Assembly (NCBI GenBank): GCA_964106915.2 | Contig: OZ066929.1 | Source: Podarcis gaigeae | Taxonomy: Eukaryota | Reading direction: 5' to 3' (one strand) | Length of the DNA stretch: 64,000 bases | Shown: one piece after another, positions 1 through 13,800 of the stretch | Layout: the number at the start of each line of letters is the position of its first letter | Position numbering within the stretch: the stretch's first letter is position 1 | The notes under the pieces: model-generated | The model's database searches: none | Told to the model about the DNA's origin: nothing | The model's input: only the letters and a program-made list of their open reading frames with translations | Program-made: the position numbers and the translations under genes

Positions 1-245
1 TGAAGCTGGTTGAAGGTGGCACTCCATGCCAATGAGGCCACCTGAGCCTCTCATGAACTTGCTACCATGCTTGAAAGAAATCCAGATCTCAGAAGGAATG
101 ATGGGATGAAGCAAGTTCCAGGGCTACCGAGTCAAAACAGCACAGAGAAACCAGCCTCTGGACCCCACTGCAATCCAGGGTTCTGAACTGAGCAGGAGAG
201 GCAGCAGGAATTAATCCCGGTTGGGTTGCTTCCCTCCTTACTCAC

Positions 246-3200
246 CAGTGACCGTGGAGTGTGAGAGTGGCTGCCAGCGAGTAGTCCATGGCTGGTCCAG
301 GATACAGGTAAGCTGCAGGCAGGAGCCCAAGCAGGAGGACACTGACTGCTCGCTCACCTGTCCAGTGCAGAGAGGCAGCCTTGGAACCAGCTACAGGGAG
401 AAAAGAAGCACTGTTAATAATCTCCAGGAACGGCTGCTCGAGAGCTGGGAATGAATAAAGGGTACCTTTAATGATTCAGCATTTGTCAACAAATCAATGC
501 AAACTAGTTGGGTTTATAGGTCTCCCCCTGAAATTTGACAACAGTTGACTTCTTCATGCCAACGATGATATCGGTTGAGCCTCCAAAGAGGAAATGGTAA
601 CTGATTAATGTTGGCAGAACTGTTGTCCCAGATCTGAGGTCAAACAGGTGGCAAGGAAAAGGAGGCAACCAGGCCACATAACCCCAGAAAAAAGCACAAA
701 TAACCTTGCCTCCAACAGGACTCTTACAAAAAATATGGATTTTTTTCATTGATTCCCAGCATCAATCACACATGGAGGCTGTTTGCTACCAATGTTACAC
801 TGATTTGGGTGGAAGGGTAAAGACTTTTTTGTCTTCTCTTCTGGCCCTTCAAGATGTGTAGAAATAGTATATTTAAATATATTCATCCGATTATTTGTAT
901 GCCACTTTTACACACAATTGTGCCCAAAGTGGCTCACAAGGTAGAAGAAGAATATAAACAACAATTTGATGGCACAAAAAAAACCCTTCTCCCAGCCTCC
1001 CACAACCAAATCAGGAGCCCAAACATCATTTATGCAGATTTGCTTATCAATCATTTGCATGCATTATTCTGAACTGAACAGTGGATATTTGCATACCTTC
1101 TTTTGTGTGGAGATGTAGCATGTTGGTGGCAGAAGTAAATCTACAGGTGACAGAGGGATAGTTGAGTGTGTCTTGGAAGAAGAATATGACTGGAGCTGAG
1201 AAAGGAGGGGCAGGTAGCCTTGGGAGAGGGGAGTACATAAGCCTGACCCCCTGAATATTGAAGCTTTTGCACATACAACCTGGGTGCACCCAAGCATATC
1301 TCCACAGCCATGAGGACTAGAAACTTGCTTTTAAAAAACCTGGTACGGTAAGAGACGAAATTTCCAAAAATCCAAGTTGTGAGCAAGAACACCAGATTCT
1401 ATTTAAAATTCTGCATACAAACTGCAGGAACTTAGCAGATGCAACAGACAACACAACTAGTGCCACAACTAGTATATATGGACTAGAAAAGAACTATTAC
1501 ACACCAGGGAAAACACCAGCTTCATTCAAGACTAACTGTGGAGAGGATCACCCACTGTGAAAAGTTGAATTGGCACATGTCAAAAGCAAGAGTGTTTAAT
1601 TACAAAGGCAGATGGTCGAAGATACGGCACAAGTGTATTTTTCCATCACCACCTACATCTTTAAAGTACAAGCTTTGACTTTGAGAGTATTAACAAACAC
1701 CTGCAGGTTGCACTAAGGTGCTAAGTTTGCAAGGAGAGCTGTAAGTGGACAACTGTTCTGCTTTCATCCATCCTTGCTGGATTACTTTTAAGGCACCTAT
1801 TTCAAGATATATTACATGAAAGTAGTTACAAAACAACACAGACTCTGAAATGGCTTACTTTTATGCAGTGCATTTGGGACAGGAGCACTAGTCAGTGCTA
1901 AAAAACCTCTAGAAGAGAACACCTTTGAGTGAAACAGCTTAGGTCTAGTTACCACGCGCTCTACACCACATGGGGCCTCAGCCAGCCTCTAAAAAAACTG
2001 CACCCAAATGCATTCTTAATTGTAGGCTCATCTACTGCAAGGCTGTTGTGTAGTTCCCATGAACTAGGAAACCAAACATCCAATTAGTTGTCCTATTTAA
2101 AACAGGCCAGAGGCAACAAAGTACATAATTGTCTATGGACCGTTATGGAACAGAAGGAGGTTGCATGGCAAGCAGGAGAGCAAAATAGTGTTTCTTTCTC
2201 AACCCAAGAGTACAGATTCCTGTTTTGCTGATGATCACGACTGTCCATTATATGAGCAGCCTGAGACTCCACTACATTCAAGGATGCAATTCAATGTCCC
2301 AAGATTGTTCACCACATCATTCAAGTTCAGAATAAAAGGATGCAAATAAAGCAAACTGCATAAAATGAGTGCACATCTTCTGTACCGGGATGTAAACACA
2401 TAGCTTTGCAACATATACATTTGTGAAAAAATAAATAAATTGGGAAAGTAGGAGACAGAAAAACAAGAGGCATTGTTTGGGTGCATGCTTGAAGTGTGTA
2501 GGATGGAACCAGCATGGTTCAGGCAGGAGACAAAGGAATGCTGAGAACTGAAATTCCACCAAGCTGACCTCTCTTCCCAACTTTCTGGCTTTTCAGACAC
2601 TCCCAGCACACTCCCAGGTACTCCTCTGCAACCATCAAGTCTAGAAGTTTTAGCTCCGTAACTTAAAGGAATGGGGTTTTTCATAATTATTAATCTAAAA
2701 CTTATTTTTATAATCCTAGGATCTTCCCCAAGCCTTCCGGGAAGAGTGAAATAAATTCAAAAACAGTAATTTGTTACTGAAAGCACTGTCAATGACGATA
2801 ATTTGTCATTAAAATGATTTCATTTACCACTTGCTGAACTACAGAAAGCAAATTCTTCCTAACATGTCTCCAGCTTTAGCTTGCCAAGTTGAGGATGACT
2901 GTCATAACTTCAGAGAGAGAAAACACACGAACTATTTTGCATGGCCACATGAAACAAAAGCACGGTAAAGGAATCCAAGAAAGACCTACCTAAACTCCTG
3001 GGGGATGTGTGGATTTTACATGTCAGAGGATGGCGCTTGTCAGTTGCAACACAAACAGCTGGTCTGGTGAAGACAATCTTGTTCAGGAGAACTGTGGGTA
3101 GAACAGGCAAATTTCACCCAAGGTGGAAGAGGACTTTAATCCACAGACTTGAGTAAAGTGCTTATGCATGCAATAATAAGTACTAATGATGTGCTAATAT

Positions 3201-3872
3201 TTTTTTTAAAAAAAGACTTTGGAAGGGAAGCTCTTAAGAACAAAGGAAACTGAAAAGAGATACAGCTCTCCAGCCACTGAATGACAAGAAAATCCACTAT
3301 GAGAATCTAGAGACAGGTGATACAAGAAGTCAGTGTGGTATCAATATATAAGTATCCTCCAGAGATACCGCCTCACATGGCAACAAAAGGGGGTCCCAGG
3401 CCTCCCAGGTTGAAGTTATGAACATGCATGTGTGAAGCAGCCCATAAGTTAGTACAGATGGGATGCTGGATAACAGATGGACAAGATGTCCTCCAGATAT
3501 GCTTCACTGGAATTTTGGATGCATTCCAAAATCATATTGTGCAAACCTACATTTCCATATATTGCACAAACAAAGAGGTATGGGTAGGTAGCAGTGTGAG
3601 CAAAAGAGAGAACAGTTAGGTCAATGCATGTCCCCTTTCAATGCTTTTATTTCTTTGCAAAGAAAGGTAAACTACCCTCTTCTCCACTCACATGCTAGCT
3701 CTTAGGTCACATGTTACAGGGCAGTGCATAATCTCAGAGGCTGCTGCACAACATCCCAAAGTGTATGTGACCAAGGGTTTGAGATGGCAGCGGCGATACC
3801 TAGCCTGGTTAATATTTTCTATGTCTCGGGGCACTCATGTATTGCAAGTTGATGACTTGCATGTGTTATTAG

Positions 3873-3908
<36 letters not shown>

Positions 3909-5124
3909 TTACAATTGGTAATTAAATGTTGCTCTTCCACATCTGAAAGAACAAGCTGCATTGTTCTGATCTGCACAAAATTGTGTCTGTCTTTCACACA
4001 AAACACATTTTAGTAAAAACAGGTTTTACTAACATAGGAGAAATATCTCAGTCTCTATTCTAATTATTAAGACATGCTCCTTTCACCACCCCAACAAAAT
4101 TCTTAAGGCAGAAAGGTGTGCAGAGTAAGTTGCTTGTGAGCAACAGCTGGAAGGTTAGCAGGTATAGAGTGAAGCGAAAGCAAAGGAAAATGCAGCTACC
4201 AAAGCAAATTAGTTTGACATTAGCAAATACCTAAGGACCACAATGATAAAGAAGCCTTTCCTAAGAAGGGAGCAAGAAAACCAGGTATCTCATCTAGGGA
4301 GCCCCAAATCTTGCCTCTTGCTTCAAAAGAGAGTCACCTTCAAAAGGATAACGCTACAGCTCCATGCAGCACAGCAAGAAGCGGATAAAAGTTGCAGCCA
4401 GGAAAGAAGACCTGAAAGGAAAAACTTCCTGGCCACAGGGCCAAATACTGCTGGGACAGCAGTGGAGGAGAAACAAGCAAGGAACCACCAGTACCAATAT
4501 ATATTATTTTGTTCCCAAAAATGGCTTTCTGGAGGGGGATGGGGTGCTCGGTGGCAGAACCACTCGTGCCCTCCAATGCAAGAGCTCCCAGGTGAAATCC
4601 TCTACAGCATATCGGAGCAGGACTGAGAAAGGACTCCTTTGCCTGAAACCCTGGAGAGCCTTTGCTGCCAGTCAGTGCAGACAACAGTGCGCTGGGCTAC
4701 AGGTCTGACTCAGGACGAGGCAGTATCCTATGTCCCTCTGCCTTATGGGGAAGGGCAAAGCACCCGCCTTGCCGGCAGAAGGTCCCTTCCATAGCGCCCC
4801 CTGGCAAGGCAGGGAAAGGACTCCCTGGTCTGATACCCTGGAAAGCCGTATCATACCCTGGTCTGATACCCTGGAAAGCCACCGCTGCCAGTCAGTGCAG
4901 ACAGTACCGAGCTACGTCGACCAAAGGTCGGGATTCCGTATAAGGCAGCTTCCTACGTTCTCAAATGTCAGTTTAGACAGGGAGGAGAGACAAGGGCGAG
5001 TCCCTGCGAGGCAGAAGGCAAGTCAGGTCCGCCCCACCCCCCCGTTCCCCTCCGCTCACTTACCGACTCCCCCGAAGTGGGGTCTGCCCAGCCCCGCCCG
5101 CAGCAGCAGCAGCCCCGCCGCCAT
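246..5124 (-). CDS. SDHD: Succinate dehydrogenase cytochrome b small subunit, exons 1-3 (3' partial; exon 4 outside window)
   Basis: Exons 5064-5124 ([20 protein letters not shown]), 2990-3091 ([34 protein letters not shown]) and 246-390 ([49 protein letters not shown]). All GT-AG and phase-consistent. Exon 3 is the recognisable SDHD transmembrane/heme-His segment. Head-to-head with TIMM8B as in other vertebrates. Confidence 0.95.
3877..3904. repeat. (TG)n microsatellite
   Basis: Direct observation. Confidence 0.9.
4541..4962 (+). mobile_element. Two tandem degenerate copies of a squamate tRNA-derived SINE
   Basis: Repeated body gaaaccctggagagcc...gctgccagtcagtgcagaca...aggcagcttccta. Related copies on the minus strand at ~6610-6770, 13365-13550 and 36065-36245. 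Confidence 0.65.
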
Positions 5125-5390
5125 CTTGCACCGCTCGCCGTCCCCCTTCTGCCTATTCGTGCCCTCCCGCTCTGAGAGAGGGAGGGATAGGGCCCAAGGG
5201 CACTCGCTGCCCCGGAACCGGAAGCGAGACGTTGGGCTTCCGGTCGACGAGGCGCCGCTTCCGGTCGACCCTTGAGCGCGCGGGTGTGGGGAGAGTGGCC
5301 CTCGCCTTTGCCTTCGTCCTTGTTACGAGGGGGGCTTTTCGTAGCACCTCGGTTCGGGGAGGCCGCGGGGCAGAGGCTCCGCCATGGAGG
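5110..5390. promoter_or_regulatory. CpG-island bidirectional promoter SDHD/TIMM8B
   Basis: The divergent ATGs are only ~260 bp apart. CpG-rich, with ETS/GABP-type CCGGAA cores (ccggaaccggaagc; cttccggtcgac twice) and a YY1-like CCGCCATCTT over the SDHD start codon. Confidence 0.8.
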
Positions 5391-7803
5391 ACCCGGAGAG
5401 GGAGGCCGACGTGTCGGAGCTGCAGCGCCTGGTGGCCGTCGAGGAGCAGCGCGCACGCCTCGCCGCCCAGGTACATGCCGCGAGATACGTGTGTGTGTGC
5501 ATGGAGGTACAACAACCGTGCGAGATCGCCTAGGTTGAAATAGGAGGAGTGGCTGCCTGAGTGGAGCGGGGTCTTGAACCTGGCCTCTTCTCCATGGAAC
5601 ACCCTGCCCAGAGCAACCGTATTACGAACTTTTTTGTCTCGTCTGAACCCACATGCGTGTCCACGACTCAGACCTAATAGTAATTCCCTCTTCTCTTTCA
5701 GACTAGGGTCTGACAGATCCCTAATAGCACGCCCCTTTACCCCACCCCGCTCCTTTTTAAGGCCCTTCCTGAGTTCCTCTCCCCTTCCTTTTTTTGGGCA
5801 AACCAGGGACTAGGGACCTTCCTGAGCCCCAGGGCCATGTTCCCCCTGGGAAAGCTTCCGGGATCTTCACGCCAGTGTGACACCATAGGTGTGACTCATA
5901 ACTTTGCACGGTAACATTTGCCTTGCAGCCGTACAAAAGCCAGAGGTTTCTGCACACACCCCTTTCTATCCAGGCAAGTGAAAGACATAAGTCTTCTCCA
6001 AACGTCATTTATTTACTATACCTGCTTCCATTAAGAGAATCCAAACTGGATCCACCCTCCTGTTAAGAAACCTGAGCTATAGTTTACTTTACAGTATTTT
6101 TCTGCCTAGAAGGCTTTTCAGGTGGCTGGGCTTTCTGAAATGGCTGCAACTGCCTTATACCCTTTCTCCACCCAGACCTTCTGCCTCTTCTTATACCTTA
6201 AACCTCCTCCCCAGAATTCATTTAAGACCTTTGATTGTCTATTCTGTCCTGACAGTCACCCCAAGAAGCTGGACATGATGCTTTCTCATGGGGGGGGGGT
6301 CTGCTAGAATTGCAGCCCCTTCTCACAAATACTACTTTTGAGGCATGCGAGATTGGGAAGCATCATTAAATTCATTGGGATTAGCTTCTGAGTAGATAGG
6401 CATAGGATTGGGCTGTTGGCACACAGCCTCATGCTGCACCGCTGTGGCAAGGTCAAAGCAATTCCTCCCACATGTGTTGGGGGGGGGAGTGATTTCCTAC
6501 AGCTTCACTTCAGCTCTGCTGTGAGAAATGGAGGAGTGATTTTTTAAAATGTCCAGTTCCAGGCTTCTCCGCCAGAGATCTGTTTCTCACATCAAAAGTT
6601 CCCCACAAGAATGTAGGAAGCTATATTATACCAAGTTAGACCATTTGTCTATCTAGCCCTGTACTGTCCACTCAGATTGGCAGCAGCTCCCCAGGGCCTT
6701 ACCTCTTCTTTTCCACTGGAAAATAGCCAAGGATTGAACATGGGACATTTTCCATAGAACATAAGCTGTACCTCTAGAAATAATAAACAGAGCTTTGAAG
6801 AGTATGCACTTCCATTATTATTACAGTGGTACCTTGGTTCTCAAACTTAATCCATTAGACTCCCGAAATGGTTCGAAAACCAAGGTGCAGCTCCTGATTG
6901 GCTGCAGGAGCTTCCTGCACTCAATCGGAAACCGCGGAAGCTGCTTCAGATGTTCAGCTTCCAAAAAATGTTTCCAAACCGGAACACTCACTTCCGGGTT
7001 TGCAGCGTTTGGGAGCTGATTTGTTTGGGAGCCAAGCCGTTCAAGTACCAAGGTACCACTGTGTTATTATAATTATTATTGGGGGGGGGATGGGACTCAT
7101 TGATCCTTGATTGTTGTGATTTCTGTAACTTTGAGGTATGAGTGTCGTCCTCAGTGTTACTAGCTACATGTGTACATGCTGTATGGATGTCTTATGTGAG
7201 AAATGTGGTTTTCATACACAGATCACTCCCCCTGGAATGTATTTCTCAAATTTGGGGGTGTTTCAGATGTCCTGGTTTTTTGAATATGTGTTAAAGCTTC
7301 ACTTACTTTACCCACTAAACCCATACTTTTGGAGGGATGGGTTTTTAAGATGGTCAAGACAAGGGCCTATGCCACACATCACCCAAATGGTCAGATTCAC
7401 TTTCTGAGGGTGTGAGTCTCCCCTGTAGCTATGTTGTGCCATCAAAAGCTCAACACGACTGCAGGGATATCTGCTACATGTACACCAAGCTGGGGAGGGA
7501 AATGGGGCCTCGTGTTACCCATGGCAATGGAAACTTGCCATGTTGAAGGTTGTGAGTGGAATTGAAAGAGGCTGGTCCTAATGGGGAGTGCTGTTAATAC
7601 TTGTATCCGTTCTCATCTCTCTCTCCCTACTTCAGGTTCACAACTTCATGGAGGTCTGCTGGGAAAAATGTGTTGACAAGCCAGGTTCCAAGCTGGACTC
7701 CAGAACAGAAACTTGCCTCGCCAACTGCGTTAACCGCTTCATAGACACAACACTGTCCATCACCAATCGCTTTGCACAGATAATACAGAAAGGAGGCCAT
7801 TGA
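5384..7803 (+). CDS. TIMM8B: Mitochondrial import inner membrane translocase subunit Tim8 B (84 aa)
   Basis: Exon 1 5384-5470 ([29 protein letters not shown]|gtacat), exon 2 7636-7803 ([39 protein letters not shown]...GGH*). Twin CX3C motif, Kozak gccATGG, AATAAA at 7968-7973. Confidence 0.96.
6824..7061. mobile_element. Tc1/mariner-superfamily (pogo/Tigger-like) MITE
   Basis: TIRs CAGTGGTACCTTGGT...ACCAAGGTACCACTG. TA on the left flank, TG on the right. Confidence 0.8.
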
Positions 7804-9534
7804 CTGCCGCATGGAGAAGGTCCCCTTTGGTCAACGGACTTAACAAGAGCCAGGTCTTTCACTTGGCCCCTACTCTGTCAGTTGTTCTACCTCAGTGCAG
7901 CAATGCTTGAAGAGCCATTTGTACATGACTGTGTCGTGTAGAACAAAATCTTTGCTCCTTTCAAGCTAATAAATCAAGACTTGTCTAAACAAATTGACTC
8001 TGCAGCAAAAACCTAACTGCTTTGCTTTCTTCAGTGCAGGATAATAGGGATAACATATACCCTCACACTATATAGCATGCTCTTAAAATTCTCTCTCAAA
8101 GGTAGAAGTGTTTTCAGGAAATCTTAGGGGGAAATGGGGGGGGGGAGAGAGCATTTGCAAACTCTTTGCCAAAGGAGCTGTCTTTTTTATCCCTATTTAT
8201 TAGCCTCTTTGAGGGATCTTATAGCTCACATAGGCTCTCTTGTGTACTCTTTCCATTTGATAAGAGAACAGAAAGTTGCTTTACAACTCAAAACTAATTT
8301 GTACGGTAGTTACTGCTGCTGATAATGATTGCAGTCAAATTCCATTCAGCCATCCCATTCTCTATTTTGGAGTTTATACTGCTTCAGTTCCATTCTACGA
8401 GCATGCAAATTGGAATTGAAGCACATTTCTTAATGAATTACTATCTTCTAATGAACACCTGTGAACCTGGTCAGCATATTTTATCCCTGCAAAACATATG
8501 TTCTGCCATTTGAGGAAAGAGCTGCTTTCAAACAGAGCTTTCTAGATCTTTGCCAGAGTGCTGATTACAAGTTTTGCAAATGTAATGTAGGATTTCCTGG
8601 CTTGCACTTAAAGGCCAGTAACAGGTATAGATCCTTCACTCTGCCATTCTCCCTCCAGAAGTTGGAATTCCATTTATAGTGAGTGTGCTGTTGCTGTTCT
8701 TCAGATTTATTTTTGAAGCACACGCCTTTCACAGTGTCTTTCCGATCTAAGAGTGTCTCATCTCCCCCACCTCCAAAATCATCAGTGCATGTTTACAATG
8801 GTGTATAAAATCTTAAATGCTATTATACTCTTCATTTTGACCGCCGATGGGTGAAACCAACATTGTTATTGCAGACCCTCTGAATTTATTCATGCTGATA
8901 CCTTGCACATATTAAAAAATAGTTTTTGTCAAAATAATTTGAGTTGCTTTGCTTTTTATAGCAACACATTAGAACTACTTTCAAAAAATAAGCTTTGTGC
9001 ACTGGTACCACAACATAGGACAGAACCATGTGGCATTCTGTTCACTATTCCCCAGATATGGGGTGATGGCAGGCAACTGTATTTGTGCAGGGAGGCCAAG
9101 CGGAGGGGAGAAGGTCAGGAGGCTGATAAAACAGCTCCAGCAGGATGTTACTGTGAGAAGGTAAGATGTGACCATTAAGGATAAGGAAAGAGGGGAAAGG
9201 TCCAAAACCCTTTACTCTAACCAGCCTGTTAATCCTGTGTGCGTTGAGTTTACAATGGCCCACTTTAAGAAAAAGGAGGGAATGATGAATTATCTACACT
9301 ACAAACTTAGTTTTATAGGTACTTTTAACAGTCATGGTTTCCCCAAAGGCATGGTGGGAATTTCAGTAGGAAATTGGTAAGGATGCAAAGAAGCCACTAA
9401 TGTATAGCCCCAGTCCTCCTTACAGGGTCTGGGTAAGAGGGAATCAATGTTTGGTTTATGGTGTAGACTCTACCTCTTGACAGCATAAGATGCAGGGCAG
9501 AGGTAACTACTATTTCAACTTGTTTTTATTATTG

Positions 9535-9615
9535 CTTGTAAGCTGCTCTAAGCCCGGCCTTGGCTGGGGAGGGCGGGGTATAAATAAAAATTATTATTAT
9601 TATTATTATTATTAC
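9535..9615 (+). mobile_element. LINE 3' tail (L2-like) ending in (TAT)n
   Basis: gtaagctgctctaagcccggccttggctggggagggcggggtataaataaaa + (tta)n. Reverse-complement copy at ~31086-31225. Confidence 0.55.
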
Positions 9616-10835
9616 TACCAAGTTCTTTCTTCAGTGTGCATCTTTGCAGCCCCCAAGCTGTAGAATGAGCTAAGCCAGCCTTCCAGCAAACTACTGAAAC
9701 CCTTTCTGCTGCCTCCTATCAATCATAGAAGGCATGTGGATCTGGAGGAGGGAATTACATGAAAGTCAAGCCACATCTGACTAGTTACACCATGGATGGG
9801 ACATCTCTGACCCTTCAGATGCCGCTGGTCTCCCATCAACCCCAGCCAGCAGTTACTGTGAGTTAAAACATATGGGGGTGGGGCATGCTCCCCCCCCCCC
9901 CAAGTTGCACAACAGTTCCTTTTGGAGCTGCAACTTAAAGTGCTCTAGCAATAACACCAGGAGGGAAGAAGCTGGGTGAACAAAGATCCCAGCAGCCTCT
10001 CCATCATGCTGAGAAACCACTTCCCTTGTTAAGTAAGAACAGGAACTCTCCATCTGCTCTCTCATTCCCTGACTGGTAGCGAGATACATTTTTTTCCAGC
10101 AAGAGCTGGCAAAACCAAAGGGCCGTCAGCTAGGACATACACCAGCAAAGCTGACAACCAGCTTACCAGAAGGAATAGGATATGGCATTAAGTATACGCT
10201 TGCAGGGGGTGGGATGCTTATAACCTCCATTTGACCAAAAAACAGCTAGCAGAGGCGGCTTACTTTAAATCTCACCGTGGCTTGTGTTTGGATAGTTGTC
10301 TCTGAACCCCAGTAGATCCTATTTGAACCTAGGGTGGCCACATGCCCTGTGCTGTTCTCCACTTGGCCCTTTGGACCTGATGACACATCTTGTATGCCAC
10401 CATCTGATCAACCTTGCAAATAAGATGGGTACATGCGAAACACAGGCTGGCAACCTGAGGAGCGTCTGATCTCCTTCATTGTTTATTGCAATTAAATGTT
10501 AGGTATTGGCCATCAAAAATAGATTTTAGTTTTTCAAAAAAGGCAAAGGGGACCCAAGGTCAGTTCCGTTCAATGCAGACTCCAATAGTAGCTCTTTTGT
10601 GAGTTAAGGTTCCGTATTGTCACAAACTCAAGTTTGAACCTGGGCTGGACAAACGAGCCTTGGGCTGGGACTGAAAGCCCCCTGCAAGTAACTGAGGTTT
10701 GCAGCATCTGGATCATAGAGCTGTTGCCCAGACTACTTTTGTTCCAAGGGGGCAGCACCTGGAGACCAATCTCCCAGAACGTCAGTGCCCCTGCCCCGCC
10801 CCACGAAAAGCACCGACTGTGTTGGTCCCTTTCCC

Positions 10836-13800
10836 CTAGTCCTCATCAGAACTGTCCTCTGAATTCTCATCAGCAGCCACTTTCCAGTTCTTCCTCTTAC
10901 TGCGCTTCTCCTGCACCCTTTCAGCACACCGTTCTGAGAGAGACACGTGGCGTTTCCGTCTCTTTTTCTTTGGCTGCTTCTCCTGCTTTTTATCTGGCTC
11001 ACTGTCCTCAGAACTGCTGGAGGGGCAGCTGCTGGCCTTGCTGGAGTCACTGTCTTCCCCTGAGGAAGAAGAGGGGGCTGCCTTTGCAGAGCTCTTCTTG
11101 GCCTTTTTGTGACGCTTCCGCTTTCGCTTGCTGGCGCCTCTCTCCAACGAGTCAGACTCCTGGGAAGAATCTGCCGCGGCACTTGGCTGCTCCTGTTTCT
11201 TCTTCTTCCGCTTCTTATGAGATTTCTTTTTCCGCTTCTTCTTGTGCGACTTTTTGGCTTTTTTCCTTTTGGGCAACTCGAGGGAAGACTGCGTGCTGGG
11301 CTGAGACTTCCGTTTTCCGTTCACAGAGTTTTGTTCATCTTGCTCTCGGTCACTGCAACACAGCCAAGAGGACAAACGTTTAAGGCATAATATTGAAGAA
11401 TAATCAACAATGTTCTAAAGTGGAGGTGGCTTAATCTTTTTCGCTCTAAGGATGTGTTTTCATCCTTGGTCAACCTTCCACAAGGGCTGTGTGCTGTGGG
11501 GTATGGTTACCCATGCATAGAACACAGTCTGGGATACAGAAGTCCATGCGTTTAAGACAGATTTCTGCAGGAGCTAAATTTCACCTGGAATAAGAGGTAT
11601 AACACTGAAAATACACACCTTACTTGTTTTGTAATGGAAATAAGGAACCATCTCAGTTTGGACACAGTTTAGCTTTGCATTTTATTTAAAATGAAAAGTT
11701 ATACAAAAAATAAAACATGTCCACAAGGCTCATGCGCACACCATGTCTCCTTCTCTAGAACAGCCATAAGTCAATCAGCATCTGCTTTTAAAGTGGGAAG
11801 AAGACTCCAGCTCCCATCAGCCCCAGTCTGCAGAGCTGATTTGTCAGGGATTATGGAAATTGGAGTCAAACAACACAGGTTCTCCACCACCACCGGTTTA
11901 AACTAACCAGAGTTCCTTGTTATATCCAAACTTGGGAGAACAAGCTCCAAACACATACTACGGTTTCATCCTGGCTTGCGTGAACAAACCAGACTTTAAC
12001 CAGAGTTTTCTCAAGTTTGGATGTAATGTGAGTTCAGCTTAGTTTAGAAGCAGAGATTTCTTCTTCAATTTTTTAAATTAATTTTCACAAAATTATAAAC
12101 AAACAAACAAACAAACAAACAAACAAAAATCATAACCTTATTAAGATTACACTTATTAACATTGTTAAGTGATTTCCTCGCTTCCCCTTGGTTGGGTTTC
12201 AATGCATATCCATTTAACGGTTTTCCAAATCATAGTTCTTATAAACTTAATCATTTAACATCATTCTATTTTTTTCTATTCAGAATTAAACATATTAATT
12301 CATCACTAGGATTATATAAAATCCTAGGCCGATCTAGTACTTGCAAGCTATTTCCAATTAATTTAATAACGTATTTAACTAAATAGTCATTAAATTTCAA
12401 CCATTCTTTCTGATACTCCTCCACATTCTGGTCACGAACTTAGAAGCAGAGATTTCTGAAATCCTCACTCCTGTGCTAGAGGGAAGGAAGGAGCATGTGC
12501 ATTTGAGGTTTGTACAGGCAACACTAAGCCAGAGATTAGTGTGAAGGTCTAAAAAGGTCAAACCTACTTTCCCACCCCTACCCTTTTTGCAAGCAACCTT
12601 ATTGGCTTTACCTGTCTGTATCGAATTCTTCTGGATACAGCTCTTTGTAGCCACTGTGGCCCCACCTGCAAGAGAACACCATGCTGTCTTAAGAGGTTCA
12701 CAAACATACAAGCTATGCAACCACAGAGCAAAGCGACACAGGCAGCAAAAATCGCATGATGCAACCTTTGTTGGACTGCACCACTTCTGGCTGCAGGCCA
12801 TGGGATGGAGGGAACTTTACCCTTTAGTGCTGCAGTACCTCAATCTACAATGTGCTTTGCAGATTCAAAAGAGAAGAGAAATTGTCACTGTAAGATATTC
12901 CTCCAACTTTAGGATTCCCCCAATTGGCGGAAGGCCTAAAATATGTCCTCTCTCATAACCTTGCCTCACCCCTGCCAAACAAAATCTAGAAAGCAAAATA
13001 CCTTGGGGGCAGAGGCCTGTCACCTGAACTCATTTTTTCCTGGGAAAGCACCACATGCACGAATGGACTTCTTATCAACGACATCGGTAAACATTCAGAC
13101 CTGTCTGGCATGTTTGCTTCACATTCGTAGAGCTTCTTGTTCCAGTAGCGGGCATGCCGGAGGTCGTCTTCCATCTCTACTGACACAGGAGCCAAGTTCC
13201 TCGCCTTCCAATTGGCCTGCTGAGTCTCTTCATCAAACCCGTCGCTACGCATCCGGCTGCTGCAGACGAAAGACAGCAGGCATTGTACATTTCGAAAGGT
13301 AAAAAGCCAAGCCATGAAAAGAGGCTAAAAAGAAGGTCCTTCAGAAGGAGTTCCCCAAACAGTATGGGAAGCTGCATGATACAGAGTTCATCCCATTAGT
13401 CCATCTAATTCAGTACAGTATTGTCTACTTTGACTGGGAGCAGTTCTCTAAGGTTTCAGGCAGGGGACTTTTTTTCAGCACTACCTGGTGATGCCAGGGA
13501 TTGAACCAGAGACAACCTGCATGCAAATCATGTATTCTATAGTATGCCCCTCAGTTTCTTAGCCTGGTTGCCCTATAAACACTTAGCTGGGTTCGGGTTT
13601 GTCAGGGTGCATCGAGAGAAATGTCCCACTAGTGCTATGTTTCCCGGAGACAGTGCTGTAGTAAAGAAAGTGTCAGTTTGCATTTCTTGGTACAGAAAGT
13701 ATTGATCTGACGTGTAGAGATCTTTCCTATTCTAATTAATTCAAGAGGGGTCTGGAAGCTTCTCTGTGTGATACAAACTGGTGCAAGCTAGAAGTTCTAG

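Noticed and set aside
4662-5813. Several 80-180 aa ORFs near SDHD/TIMM8B
   Set aside because: By-products of the CpG island and SINE sequence.
10634-11390. 249-aa plus-strand ORF and alternative-frame ORFs over the NKAPD1 last exon
   Set aside because: Antisense or frame shadows of a low-complexity Lys/Ser/Glu-rich exon, with a non-ATG start and no recognisable protein.
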